A model generated the notes under the pieces. That model saw nothing but the letters and a program-made list of their open reading frames with translations. It was not told where the DNA came from and did no database searches. A program made the position numbers and the translations under genes. From positions 576,001 to 640,000 of the forward strand of contig OY969926.1 in NCBI GenBank assembly GCA_963704645.1: a DNA stretch of 64,000 nt, given 5' to 3'. This stretch comes from an uncultured bacterium (lineage in GTDB: Bacteria > Patescibacteriota > JACMRA01). The first letter of the stretch is position 1. The number at the start of each line of letters is the position of its first letter. Of this stretch, positions 1-9,078 are shown one piece after another.

Positions 1-1
1 T

Positions 2-856
2 AATATTGTTACCGAAAATGGTGAGAAATTAGGTAAAGTGGTAGACTTTTATTTCGATGCTCAAACAGGGGCTGTGAAAGAGTTTGAAGTTTCGCAAGGT
101 TTACTAAGCAATATTGCTGGCGGCACCAAATCTTTGAGAGTAAAAGCTATTAAACTGGTTGGTATAGACGCAGTTATTGTTGAACCAGAAACTGCAGATA
201 AATTTGAAGAACAGTCGGAACATCAGGGTGTAAAAGGTGCTGTAATGGGCGCCGGCGCCGTGGTTGTTGATACTGCTGTTGCTGCCAAAGATAAAGTTGT
301 TGAAACTAAAGATAAGGCAGTTGAAGTTGCAGCCCAAGTTGTAGAAGACGCTAAGCCAAGGTTGGAAGAAATGAAGCAATCTGCCATTGAAACTAAGGAC
401 AAAGTTGTTGAAGCAGCTACACCTTATGTGGAAAAAGCAAAAACTATGGCTTCAGAAGTTAAAGATAAAATTGTTGAGTCTGGTCACAACACAGCCGAAG
501 CAGCTAAATCTGGTATGAGAGATGCCAAACGAACAGTAGACCAAAATACTCCAGATTCAAAGGAAGAAATGATGGATACTGTAAAACAAAATATGGAAAA
601 AATGAAGCAAAACTTACAAGGTGGAGCTGAACAAGCAGGAAGCTTAGCCCAAGAAAAATTTGGACAGGTACAAGACAACATGGAACAATCTAAAATAGAT
701 AAAGCCATAGGTTTTACCTTGCTTAGAGATGTAATTGACCCTAAAACCAATGAAATAATAGCCATGAAAGGCGACACAATAGACGCGGAAATTATTAACA
801 GGGCTAAAACATTAGAAATATTACATTTGGTTACTAACGAAAGTTCTTACGCCTAA
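2..856 (+). CDS. PRC-barrel domain protein with LEA-like helical repeats (5' truncated by window)
   Basis: Frame is open from base 2 (NIVTENGEKLGKVVDFYFD...GAVKEFEVS), a PRC-barrel pattern, followed by AKDKVVE/TKDKAVE repeats. Confidence 0.7.
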   Translation, partial: NIVTENGEKLGKVVDFYFDAQTGAVKEFEVSQGLLSNIAGGTKSLRVKAIKLVGIDAVIVEPETADKFEEQSEHQGVKGAVMGAGAVVVDTAVAAKDKVVETKDKAVEVAAQVVEDAKPRLEEMKQSAIETKDKVVEAATPYVEKAKTMASEVKDKIVESGHNTAEAAKSGMRDAKRTVDQNTPDSKEEMMDTVKQNMEKMKQNLQGGAEQAGSLAQEKFGQVQDNMEQSKIDKAIGFTLLRDVIDPKTNEIIAMKGDTIDAEIINRAKTLEILHLVTNESSYA

Positions 857-887
857 ATACTCCATTCCAAAATAAAAACAAATGAGG

Positions 888-1047
888 AAGCTCCTTACTC
901 GATCTTTTTAAGCAAGATCTAAATGAATATTAAACATTCGGCCAAGTCAAAATTCCTACATATGAGTAATAAATTCGTAGAGTTTGACTAGGTTTTTCAC
1001 GGAAATATGTTTCGCAATAAATTAAAGTGATTGAGTAAAAGGAGTTT
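888..1047. other. Structured intergenic element (multibranch palindrome) between convergent genes
   Basis: Imperfect terminal inverted repeats at 888-908 and 1024-1047, internal stem at 942-992, small hairpins. Confidence 0.45.
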
Positions 1048-1056
1048 TTTATAAAA

Positions 1057-1908
1057 CTAAATCTCTCTGGCCCATTGTAAACTTCTTTGGTCTACAAAAT
1101 ATCTATTTCGGTTGAAATTGTGATCGTCTTTTAAATAGTGGAATTCAAAATCAATGTTGGTTTTGCCAAGTAAAGTTATAAAATCTAAAACTCTTTCCGG
1201 GAATACCGCTTCATCTTGTGAACCATGAAAAATTAAAAACTTAGAGTTGGGTTTAATCTCGTCCACTCTGTAAATAATTGAGCGTTTTTTCAGCTCTTCT
1301 TGGTTATTTAAATCAAAACAATCTGCTCTACATTCTCTAAGGTCCTGCCTTTTATCTAAACCATCTTTTTCGTCTACACTGCCACATTCAATAATATATT
1401 TACTAACCCAATCAACTTGTGTGCTGGCCAAATAGCACATTGTTCCACCTCGGCTTGCACCTGTCATTATTATTTGGGAATTATCACTTAAATTAAGCTC
1501 TTCTAAAACTGTTTTTAAATTTAAAACATCATCTAAATCGGCACCACCCACTTCGTCTTTTCCTTCACTTCCGTCATTTCCAGAATACTGTGAGCCTATT
1601 ACAAAATAGCCATTTAAAGCCCAGCTTCCCATATGATCAAGAAGATACATGGCATTTAATTGTCCAAACTCTTTGGTTCCACCTCTGTTATATATTACAG
1701 CTTGTGGACGAAGACTTTTTTCTGCTACTGCTTTTGGTGCTACAGCAAAACCCTTAATTTTCTTGTTGTTAGAATAATACCAAACTTCATAAAAATCTAT
1801 TTTGTCTTTCACTTTTTCGTACAATTGAATTGGACGTTTAAGACCAACGAATTTGGTGTTTATTTCTTCTAGTATATTGTATTTTTTGAAGGAGATTAGG
1901 GAGGGCAT
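1057..1908 (-). CDS. Prolyl oligopeptidase family (S9) alpha/beta hydrolase
   Basis: YNRGG, nucleophile elbow GASRGG, HGSQDEAV and C-terminal DH. Confidence 0.85.
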   Translation of the reverse strand: MPSLISFKKYNILEEINTKFVGLKRPIQLYEKVKDKIDFYEVWYYSNNKKIKGFAVAPKAVAEKSLRPQAVIYNRGGTKEFGQLNAMYLLDHMGSWALNGYFVIGSQYSGNDGSEGKDEVGGADLDDVLNLKTVLEELNLSDNSQIIMTGASRGGTMCYLASTQVDWVSKYIIECGSVDEKDGLDKRQDLRECRADCFDLNNQEELKKRSIIYRVDEIKPNSKFLIFHGSQDEAVFPERVLDFITLLGKTNIDFEFHYLKDDHNFNRNRYFVDQRSLQWAREI

Positions 1909-1959
1909 AAAAGAATTTTAAAGTGAAGGGCTGCCAAATTGCAACCCCTCGAAGATTAT

Positions 1960-2550
1960 CTATACAGTTGGGCGTAACAAGTAAAGTTCAGCCAAAGTTA
2001 GACTGGAAGAAACATCTCCAGTGCAACGACCACAATGCTTACCACAACCATTGCAACCAGCTTGAATTTGAATATTCTGGCAGGCCTTGGAACTTGTATT
2101 GGCAAACATTTGAACGTTTACAGAAGAGCCAAAGAAGGACGGAAAGTGTTCAGCAAAGGTCTGCTTGGTTTCTTCAAACAAAGACTTAAGCAGCAGCTCA
2201 TCTTCTTCTCCACGCGTTCCCAAATAAGGGAAGTGGTCCAGAAAATACCCAAGATGCTTTTCGCAAAGTGCTCTATAAAGAACAGTGTCTTGAATGAGAC
2301 AATGCCAAACATCATCAATTTCTACAGTTGGCACAAAGGTTCGCTGTGGAAACTTGTAGTGCATGTAGAAAAAGAACTTGAATTCTTCAGCATGTCTAGC
2401 AGCTTTGTCTAAAGTCCAGCCTTCTCCTTCTTCAGGGTTCACAAGCTTGAAAATGATAGGGTCAAGATTGATGTTACGAAACGCCAAAGCAATTTCATCA
2501 ATTGTATCAGTTTCAGCAGCAATAATTGGTCTGTCTAGCAGTGTTTGCAT
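1960..2550 (-). CDS. GRDP-like (glycine-rich-domain-containing-like) protein with Cys-rich tail
   Basis: VPTVEIDDVWH..IQDT..Y...C......FLDH motif; tail GCNGCGKHCGRC. Confidence 0.7.
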   Translation of the reverse strand: MQTLLDRPIIAAETDTIDEIALAFRNINLDPIIFKLVNPEEGEGWTLDKAARHAEEFKFFFYMHYKFPQRTFVPTVEIDDVWHCLIQDTVLYRALCEKHLGYFLDHFPYLGTRGEEDELLLKSLFEETKQTFAEHFPSFFGSSVNVQMFANTSSKACQNIQIQAGCNGCGKHCGRCTGDVSSSLTLAELYLLRPTV

Positions 2551-2652
2551 TATTTTTTTACTTGGTAGATGTTTTTGTTTGTATCAGTAATTATTAGTTA
2601 CTGTACACTATACTTTCAGAGGCTTTTATCTTAGTTAGTCGAAGCATTTTAC

Positions 2653-2705
2653 AATTCATTTTTTGGACTGACCAGAGCTGATGAGGGAAAAGTGGTGATT
2701 GGAAA
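2653..2705 (-). promoter_or_regulatory. Conserved upstream element, copy 1
   Basis: 50/53 identical to 4689-4741; homologous to the inverted copy at 8968-9006. Confidence 0.65.
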
Positions 2706-2830
2706 TAGGGGTTTTTGGGGTGGGCTTTAGAGGGATTTTGTGTGGTTTGCTTGATTTTTATTTCTGAATTGTGCGTTTGAAGATTTTTAAATTTAGTGTT
2801 TATTTTGGAGAAATTAAGTTTATCGGAAAG

Positions 2831-3355
2831 TTAAATATTTTTTTCTAATAAAACTGTATCAATACTAATTTCGTTGTTAATTTTATATTTGCCTAATTCT
2901 TGGTCAACAATTTTAAAACCAAAATGTTCATAAAACCCAATTGCATTTTGGTTCATTTTAGCAACTACAACATTTATTTTCAAGTTCGAATTAACCTCTG
3001 TTATTTTATTTATTAAAGACGTTAAAAGCCTTCCTCCAATACCTTGTTTTACGTTTTCAGTATCTATATATAAAGTTTCAACGCTAAAATTGTTTTGGTC
3101 TTTCTGCTTACCCCAAATGTGACCTAGCACCTTGTCATTTTCAATATACACAAATGAAAGATTGTTTCTTCCTTCATTAATTTTTTTGGTATAAGCTAGT
3201 GCTAATTGCTCCCAATTACGTAAAGACACAGCTAAAATCTCTTCTGTAATTCCCAATTCTTTGTTCTGATAAGTTTTAATAAATGATTTTATAGTAATTT
3301 TGCTTATGGCTTCGGTGTGTTTTAATTGGGTTTGGGTTATGTTTGGTTGAGGCAT
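2831..3355 (-). CDS. GNAT family N-acetyltransferase
   Basis: LYID....KQGIGGRLL acetyl-CoA motif A; N.NAIGFYEHFGF motif B. Confidence 0.9.
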   Translation of the reverse strand: MPQPNITQTQLKHTEAISKITIKSFIKTYQNKELGITEEILAVSLRNWEQLALAYTKKINEGRNNLSFVYIENDKVLGHIWGKQKDQNNFSVETLYIDTENVKQGIGGRLLTSLINKITEVNSNLKINVVVAKMNQNAIGFYEHFGFKIVDQELGKYKINNEISIDTVLLEKNI

Positions 3356-3417
3356 ATAATATGTAAAAATATCCCCAAATAAATAAGTGGGGATAATATT
3401 AAACGGAGTTTTAATAG

Positions 3418-3768
3418 TTAATTCAGCTCAAGTCTGAGTGATAGAACTCCATTCTTTGAAGCCCTTTCTTTAAATGATGGTATATTTTCGTAAATACGAA
3501 CACCTTCTTCAATTGACTTGATACCAGGCAGCATGTTCTCAACTCCTTCTCCTTCCAACATGGAATAAAAAGAACTGTATTTGTTAATAGCAACAATTCT
3601 ACAAGAAACTCTATTGTCAGGGTCATTTTTGGAAAAGAACTCAATAGTTTGACCAGCGGCTAGTTTGGCAAAACCGCCAGAATTGATTCTACCCTCACAA
3701 GTTTTTTTACCAGAACGAATCTGGTCAATGTATTTTGCCTGAAGTGTGTATTCAACAGTATTAGACAT
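3418..3768 (-). CDS. ASCH domain protein
   Basis: Y.DQIRSGKKTCEGR (GxKxxExR) signature. Confidence 0.88.
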   Translation of the reverse strand: MSNTVEYTLQAKYIDQIRSGKKTCEGRINSGGFAKLAAGQTIEFFSKNDPDNRVSCRIVAINKYSSFYSMLEGEGVENMLPGIKSIEEGVRIYENIPSFKERASKNGVLSLRLELN

Positions 3769-3776
3769 AATTTTTT

Positions 3777-4121
3777 CTAATTTATAACTATAAGTTTAAA
3801 AGCTAGTGCCAGAACACCCAACTGATTTTCATCAAGTTTAGAGTAGAATCGATAGTAGACTTGCTCGCCTTCGTCAAGATTTATGACATTTGGCAGCACT
3901 TTAAAAAGCCCCTCAGATTCAAGCATTGATCTAAATGAGGGGTATAAATTAGTTGATATTAATTCAACCATAACGGAATTGTTAATAAGAACTGTGTCTC
4001 CAACTTTTAGCTTTAGAAATTTCTCCTTAGCTAACCTTCCTTCGACGGTTTTTTGACCAGAACGAATTAGGCTAAAGTATGGCTCTTGAACGTTTATTTC
4101 AAGATTGACAGTTCTTTTCAT
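3777..4121 (-). CDS. ASCH domain protein
   Basis: EPYFSLIRSGQKTVEGR signature, KVGDTV. Confidence 0.88.
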   Translation of the reverse strand: MKRTVNLEINVQEPYFSLIRSGQKTVEGRLAKEKFLKLKVGDTVLINNSVMVELISTNLYPSFRSMLESEGLFKVLPNVINLDEGEQVYYRFYSKLDENQLGVLALAFKLIVIN

Positions 4122-4129
4122 TTGAAGAG

Positions 4130-4624
4130 TTAAATTGTTAGTTTTAGTAGATATTCGCTCACCCCTTGCTGATATTTTTCAGGAAAAGTTGTAACAACCT
4201 TGAAGCCTTTTTTAAGAAAGAATTTGAGAGATTCAGGCTTATCTTCAGAAACTGTAAGAATTAGTACCGAAGATCCTAGCTTGTTAGCAAAGCTTAATAC
4301 TTCGCTCAATAAAGCTGACCCGAAACGTTTGCCTGAATTTTCTTTGGAATTGTGAAGAAAAAGAGTTTTTACTTCTATAGCACTGTTAATTCCATGATTG
4401 ATAAACTCATGCGTTGGATTAATTTTATAAACCAACAAGCCTACAATTTCTTCATTATAAAGCAGGGCTCTACATGTTCTGTCAACACCTCTTGAAATCT
4501 TTTCAATGGCTCTGTTTTGGCAACCATAAAGTGGCGCTAAGACATCTACCATGATTGAAGCTACAGAGGTAAATAAAGGGTGATCATTCGTAATTGTAAC
4601 AAATTGAACAGAATCTAGACTCAT
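4130..4624 (-). CDS. GNAT family N-acetyltransferase
   Basis: KTLFL....SGKRFGSALL; TVSE...SLKFFLKKGF; Y..GVSEY. Confidence 0.82.
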   Translation of the reverse strand: MSLDSVQFVTITNDHPLFTSVASIMVDVLAPLYGCQNRAIEKISRGVDRTCRALLYNEEIVGLLVYKINPTHEFINHGINSAIEVKTLFLHNSKENSGKRFGSALLSEVLSFANKLGSSVLILTVSEDKPESLKFFLKKGFKVVTTFPEKYQQGVSEYLLKLTI

Positions 4625-4688
4625 TTTTTTAATATAACTCGTCTAAATATTAAAGGCACTTTCAGCTGAGAAAGTAAAAGATAATTTT

Positions 4689-4741
4689 AATTCATTTTTT
4701 GGACTGGCCAGGGCTGGTGAGGGAAAAGTGGTGATTGGAAA
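4689..4741 (-). promoter_or_regulatory. Conserved upstream element, copy 2
   Basis: Direct repeat of 2653-2705 with three A/G differences. Confidence 0.65.
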
Positions 4742-4847
4742 AGGGAGTTTTAGGGGGGGGTGATTTGTTTGATTTTTGAGTGATTTGCCTGCAATAATGT
4801 TTCCAAGATATCTAAATTTAAAGTTCGAAAATAGATTAATTTAGATA

Positions 4848-6611
4848 TTAATTTTCTGAGAGGATTTGTTTAATAGTGTCAAAAATTGGTTTAAAACTTT
4901 CAAAGTCATGATCTAGGAAATCTTGAGTTGATTCTGCGAACTTTGTTTTGTCTCCTTTAAATTCACTTCTTTTTCTATCCGTTCCTGCAATATTTACGTG
5001 TTCTAAGTTGTCAGTCATATCAAGTTTTTCGTCGGTAAACATAAGCTCAATAGAAAGTAAAGATTCGTTTCCCAGTTCTTTGGAAGCATAAAGTGTTCTA
5101 TGAGGTGGAATTGGCAAAATTAAAGCATGGCACTTATTATTCTGCATCGATTGTCTGCTTAAACAGCTGTACTTATTATGATCAATTTCACTCCATTTTG
5201 TACTTCCATTTTTCAGTCCTTTAAACTGGTTAAATCCTTCACAATCAAAATCAAATAGGCCTATTGTTTTGTGTATAAAGTGATCCAATGTTACTGTACT
5301 AAGTAATATACTAATTTGGCTTACACTAGTTGCATCAATTATTGCAAAATTCATAATATTTTTAGGGTACAATATATTCCAGGCGTTTTCAAGAATAATT
5401 TTATCTGACGGTCCTTCTACAAATAAAATTGGTTTGTTTAATTTTTCATATTCCTCCATTTTTTTCTTTAACTCACCAACTTGTGGGTAGAATTTTTCTA
5501 AAACTAGTTTAACTTCTTCAATTTCTTTTAAATCTTCAGTATTTTTTATTACCAATCTCTCTTTTCCTGAATTTGCCTTATTCACTTCATAAAAGCTAGT
5601 TACTTTACCATTTCCAATTTCTGTTGGGGCAAAAGTGGCTGTAATTGGGTTGTGTGTTGTAAGAATTACGGTTACATCTTTTTTAAGAAAGAAATCAATT
5701 AATATTTCATAAAATGCATTAGTTAGGGAAGGGTTAAAAGTTGCATCATATTCATCCAATAGTAATAGTTTTGGTGGCATTCCATCTATTTTAGCTTTCA
5801 TGGAAGCAATGGCAAGTGAAAATATCGCTTTTTCGCCGTCTGAAAGATCTGCTAGTCCAAAACCAAGTTCATTTCCATTGGAATCAAGCAAACTTACTCC
5901 GCCAATGATACCAGTAGAATTTAACTGGTAATTATTGCTAAATCTATAGTTAAATCCGACTTTTTCAAATAATTTGTTTAGCACTGCCCAAGGCTTTTCA
6001 TTATCTTTCTCGAACTCTTCCCAAGTTTTTGTTGTTGTTTTACTCTTATTTTCTGGCTTTTCTGAGTATGTATGTCTACTCCATAAGTAATCTAAAAATA
6101 GGTCATTAATGTCGTTATAGTTGAATAAATTGTCTGGACTAAGCACAAACCCTTCAATTCTACTTAAACTTTCCATTACCTCTTCCTCACTATTAAATTC
6201 ATTCTTATTTGTTTTGCTATAAAAATTAAGTAAAGATTTACTATATCCAATTGAAGAATTAGAGTTTTGCTTATAGTTTCTGTGTGCACTATAAATATTT
6301 TGAGCATATGAAGATTTATAATTTGGATTTAAAGCAGGTATACCCTCATTTTTTATTTGATCTTTGAAGGACTGAACTAGAATTTCACTTAATTTTATAA
6401 CCTCACCATTTTTTTTAATTCCAGCGTTTAGCTCTCTACTAGTGGTGTGAAGCCAAGGCCTAGTAAATATTTTTAGAAACTGGCTTTTCCCACTGCCATT
6501 AACCCCTGTTAAAATTATTAAATCACCTCTTAGTTCATACTCCCTGGCTTTAAAAGATTTGTAATCTTCTAGTAGGTTAATTTTTATTGTATTTTCGTTT
6601 TCTTCTTGCAT
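4848..6611 (-). CDS. OLD-like ABC ATPase-TOPRIM protein (putative ATP-dependent nuclease)
   Basis: Walker A GVNGSGKS, signature LSDGEK, Walker B LLLLDE, TTH; TOPRIM FVEGPSD and DFD. Confidence 0.8.
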   Translation of the reverse strand: MQEENENTIKINLLEDYKSFKAREYELRGDLIILTGVNGSGKSQFLKIFTRPWLHTTSRELNAGIKKNGEVIKLSEILVQSFKDQIKNEGIPALNPNYKSSYAQNIYSAHRNYKQNSNSSIGYSKSLLNFYSKTNKNEFNSEEEVMESLSRIEGFVLSPDNLFNYNDINDLFLDYLWSRHTYSEKPENKSKTTTKTWEEFEKDNEKPWAVLNKLFEKVGFNYRFSNNYQLNSTGIIGGVSLLDSNGNELGFGLADLSDGEKAIFSLAIASMKAKIDGMPPKLLLLDEYDATFNPSLTNAFYEILIDFFLKKDVTVILTTHNPITATFAPTEIGNGKVTSFYEVNKANSGKERLVIKNTEDLKEIEEVKLVLEKFYPQVGELKKKMEEYEKLNKPILFVEGPSDKIILENAWNILYPKNIMNFAIIDATSVSQISILLSTVTLDHFIHKTIGLFDFDCEGFNQFKGLKNGSTKWSEIDHNKYSCLSRQSMQNNKCHALILPIPPHRTLYASKELGNESLLSIELMFTDEKLDMTDNLEHVNIAGTDRKRSEFKGDKTKFAESTQDFLDHDFESFKPIFDTIKQILSEN

Positions 6612-6724
6612 AATTGCTATACGTTATATAGCCTTAAAAAAGCTTGAAGTCTAAATACTGTCAAAAATTATTTGGCTTAACCAGATAAAATATTTTTGAA
6701 ATTCTACTCCTGTTTTTTGAACAT

Positions 6725-7930
6725 CTACCCATTGCTTTTGACTGCAATAATAAAGTGGCTGTTATCGGGTAGGGTTATGGAATCTAAAAACTGGAAATCT
6801 GCTTCTGTGAATAGTCTTGCACATTCATCTATATTGCCAATAGAGTAAATCCATAAAGTAATTTTATCTTTCTTTTGAAGGGTGACTGATCTTTTAAAAT
6901 CTTCATGTTCGAAATCTATGGTGTAATCTTTATCTAAAATTAAATATTCCACCTTCTGATTTTTAACAGAGTCAAATTCATTCATAAGCTCACACTTATC
7001 AATATCAATTCCAAGTAGCTGTGGAATCCAAGTGTCTTGTACTATTGCCTCAGGTGAGTGAATGTATGAAAAATTAAAATTGTTTATTGGTGCACTTACA
7101 TTATTATTTAGCAATACAATATCGTCTGGGCTTAAAGATCTTCTTATGTTCCTTAATATAGAACTGGTTTCGTAGCTATTTAAAATGGTACCACCTAAAA
7201 TAAATACAATATTAGCTACTTTTTTGTCTTGACTATAACTATAGGAAAAGGCTGTATCAATTCTATCTCTTTCAATATCTAACAATAGTTTTTCGTATTC
7301 TAAGCCTTTCACTTCGGCCGATATATTTTCAATAGATTGATCTAATAAACCAGAGCTAATATCTATTCCAATGTACTTTTTTAAATTAACCTGTTTTTGT
7401 AGTTTTTTAATAAAATTAATTAAAGGTAGGCCATTTCCTGGGCCAATATCTACAATGTTTACTTCATCATAATTCTTCATTTTTTGTACTAAAATGGGTA
7501 AGTATAAATCTAAAACCTGCCTTGTTCTTTCGGGCACTTGGTAAGTCCCATTCTCATCATTTTCTTGGTAAAACTGGTCCCAATAGTCTGCTCCTTCGCC
7601 TTTGTAGGTGAACTTATAGTTAATATTTTTGTTATACTCCAAATCTCTAACAATTTCAGTTAGCTCGTCTTTAGAAAAATAATTGTAAAATTCTGGGTCT
7701 ACGCTGGTTTTGGAGGAGTAAATTTTTTGTCTTTTTGTTGTGGCTCTTTGGCCTAAAGTGTCTAAAACTAGCCAGTTTTCTGGGGTGTTAAGTAATCTAA
7801 TTCTTTTTCCAACCTTATCGTATTTTAGGTTTGCTTCACCCTTGGAAGCTAATAAAAGCCATTTGGCAACTGTAACGTTTGAGACACCGTATTTACTATT
7901 TAATTCACTGGTGGATACGTATTTTATCAT
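6725..7930 (-). CDS. HTH-like N-terminus fused to EgtD-like (histidine N-alpha-methyltransferase family) SAM methyltransferase
   Basis: N-terminal ELNSKYGVSNVTVAKW; KFTY.GEGA.YW; IVDIGPGNG; IGIDIS; LGGTILN. Confidence 0.75.
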   Translation of the reverse strand: MIKYVSTSELNSKYGVSNVTVAKWLLLASKGEANLKYDKVGKRIRLLNTPENWLVLDTLGQRATTKRQKIYSSKTSVDPEFYNYFSKDELTEIVRDLEYNKNINYKFTYKGEGADYWDQFYQENDENGTYQVPERTRQVLDLYLPILVQKMKNYDEVNIVDIGPGNGLPLINFIKKLQKQVNLKKYIGIDISSGLLDQSIENISAEVKGLEYEKLLLDIERDRIDTAFSYSYSQDKKVANIVFILGGTILNSYETSSILRNIRRSLSPDDIVLLNNNVSAPINNFNFSYIHSPEAIVQDTWIPQLLGIDIDKCELMNEFDSVKNQKVEYLILDKDYTIDFEHEDFKRSVTLQKKDKITLWIYSIGNIDECARLFTEADFQFLDSITLPDNSHFIIAVKSNG

Positions 7931-8026
7931 ATAAGAAGGGTGTTGGTGTAAAATTACTTGACTAAGTTAATAATTTATTATTAAGTAACTGGATTTGAGT
8001 TTTAGTGCAAATTAATAGATAAATCT

Positions 8027-8185
8027 ATGTCTATCAAGAAAAATATTAAAGACGACGCTGTATACAAGCAAATTCTTCTGTTAATGAAGGAAACTGAACT
8101 GTTATACAATTTGTCTAATGGGCTTTCTAAAAGAAGACGCCAATATATTAGAGATAGATTTAAAAAAATTTGGAAGAGTGCTTAA
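8027..8185 (+). CDS. Small basic hypothetical protein (52 aa), absent from ORF track
   Basis: ATG 8027 to TAA 8185: MSIKKNIKDDAVYKQILLLMKETELLYNLSNGLSKRRRQYIRDRFKKIWKSA; divergent from the methyltransferase. Confidence 0.45.
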   Translation: MSIKKNIKDDAVYKQILLLMKETELLYNLSNGLSKRRRQYIRDRFKKIWKSA

Positions 8186-8490
8186 CTTTTCTATTCTGTT
8201 AAACATACTTTGTATCAAATCGTCAAAGAATTACTTAAAAACCTTGTATTTGTGAGCAAATCCGGTAACTTAATTAGTGTTCTTTAGTTAACTTGTTTAA
8301 ATTCAATTACTTAAACTTCTTACAATTCTAATTCAAATATGACTTATTTCATAGATACAACCTTCAAATCTGCCTAGTTTGTATTAACTTTTAAATATTA
8401 ACTAACTTTTTATATATTCTAGCTAATTTTTTTAATTAATATTCTTACAAGCAAAATAAAACCTTTTAAAACCTTTTACTTTCCAACAAA

Positions 8491-8844
8491 ATGTTCCATC
8501 CACAAGAGTTTAAAAAAGAAGTAGTGCAATATTTACTTCAACATGGAATTAAACAAACTTTAGAAAAATATAATAAAATACCCAAATCTACAATTTATTA
8601 TTGGGTATATAAAATAAATCAAGAAAATAATTTAAACAAAAATAACTCTTTCTATTATTCCAAAACAAGAATAGATCCTAGAATAATTGTATTCATAAAA
8701 AAGATTAGGGTGCTATTTCCAACCATAACCAGAAAAAAAATAAAACAATTGTGTGACCAGTATTCCTATATAAATAATACATCATATATTTCAATTTCCA
8801 GCGTAGGTAGGATATTGAAAAGAATAGTGGAGGGGGAAGAGTAG
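8491..8844 (+). CDS. Transposase-derived HTH protein (IS481/IS3-like N-terminus, no catalytic domain)
   Basis: HPQEFKKEVV...IPKSTIYYWV first HTH; ISISSVGRILKR second HTH; stops before any DDE domain. Confidence 0.6.
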   Translation: MFHPQEFKKEVVQYLLQHGIKQTLEKYNKIPKSTIYYWVYKINQENNLNKNNSFYYSKTRIDPRIIVFIKKIRVLFPTITRKKIKQLCDQYSYINNTSYISISSVGRILKRIVEGEE

Positions 8845-8863
8845 GGGGGTAAATCCATAAGGT

Positions 8864-8886
8864 GTAGCGGAGACAGCCGTGTCTCC
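8864..8886 (+). repeat. GTAG-type REP palindrome
   Basis: GTAG-C-GGAGACA-gccg-TGTCTCC. Confidence 0.6.
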
Positions 8887-8967
8887 ATTTGGTATTATTG
8901 ATTTTTGTGAATTTTATAGAGCCAATTTAGGCCAAGTTTACGAGTCACAAATTTAAAAATTGATTTC

Positions 8968-9006
8968 CCACTTTTCCTGATCTGCACAGGTCAGTCCAAA
9001 AATGAA
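8968..9006 (+). promoter_or_regulatory. Conserved upstream element, copy 3 (inverted), followed by a putative sigma70 promoter
   Basis: CCACTTTTCC-TGATCTGCACAGGTCAG-TCCAAAAATGAA, 35/41 matches to copy 1; TGGACA-17-AAGAAT follows. Confidence 0.6.
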
Positions 9007-9078
9007 CACAAAATATCTTGGACATATATAAGCTTTATCTGAAGAATTGATCATTCACAATTCAGATACAGACTATTT

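Noticed and set aside
2653-4741. Integron attC cassette array
   Set aside because: Repeats lack RYYYAAC/GTTRRRY cores, sit upstream of genes, and no integrase is present
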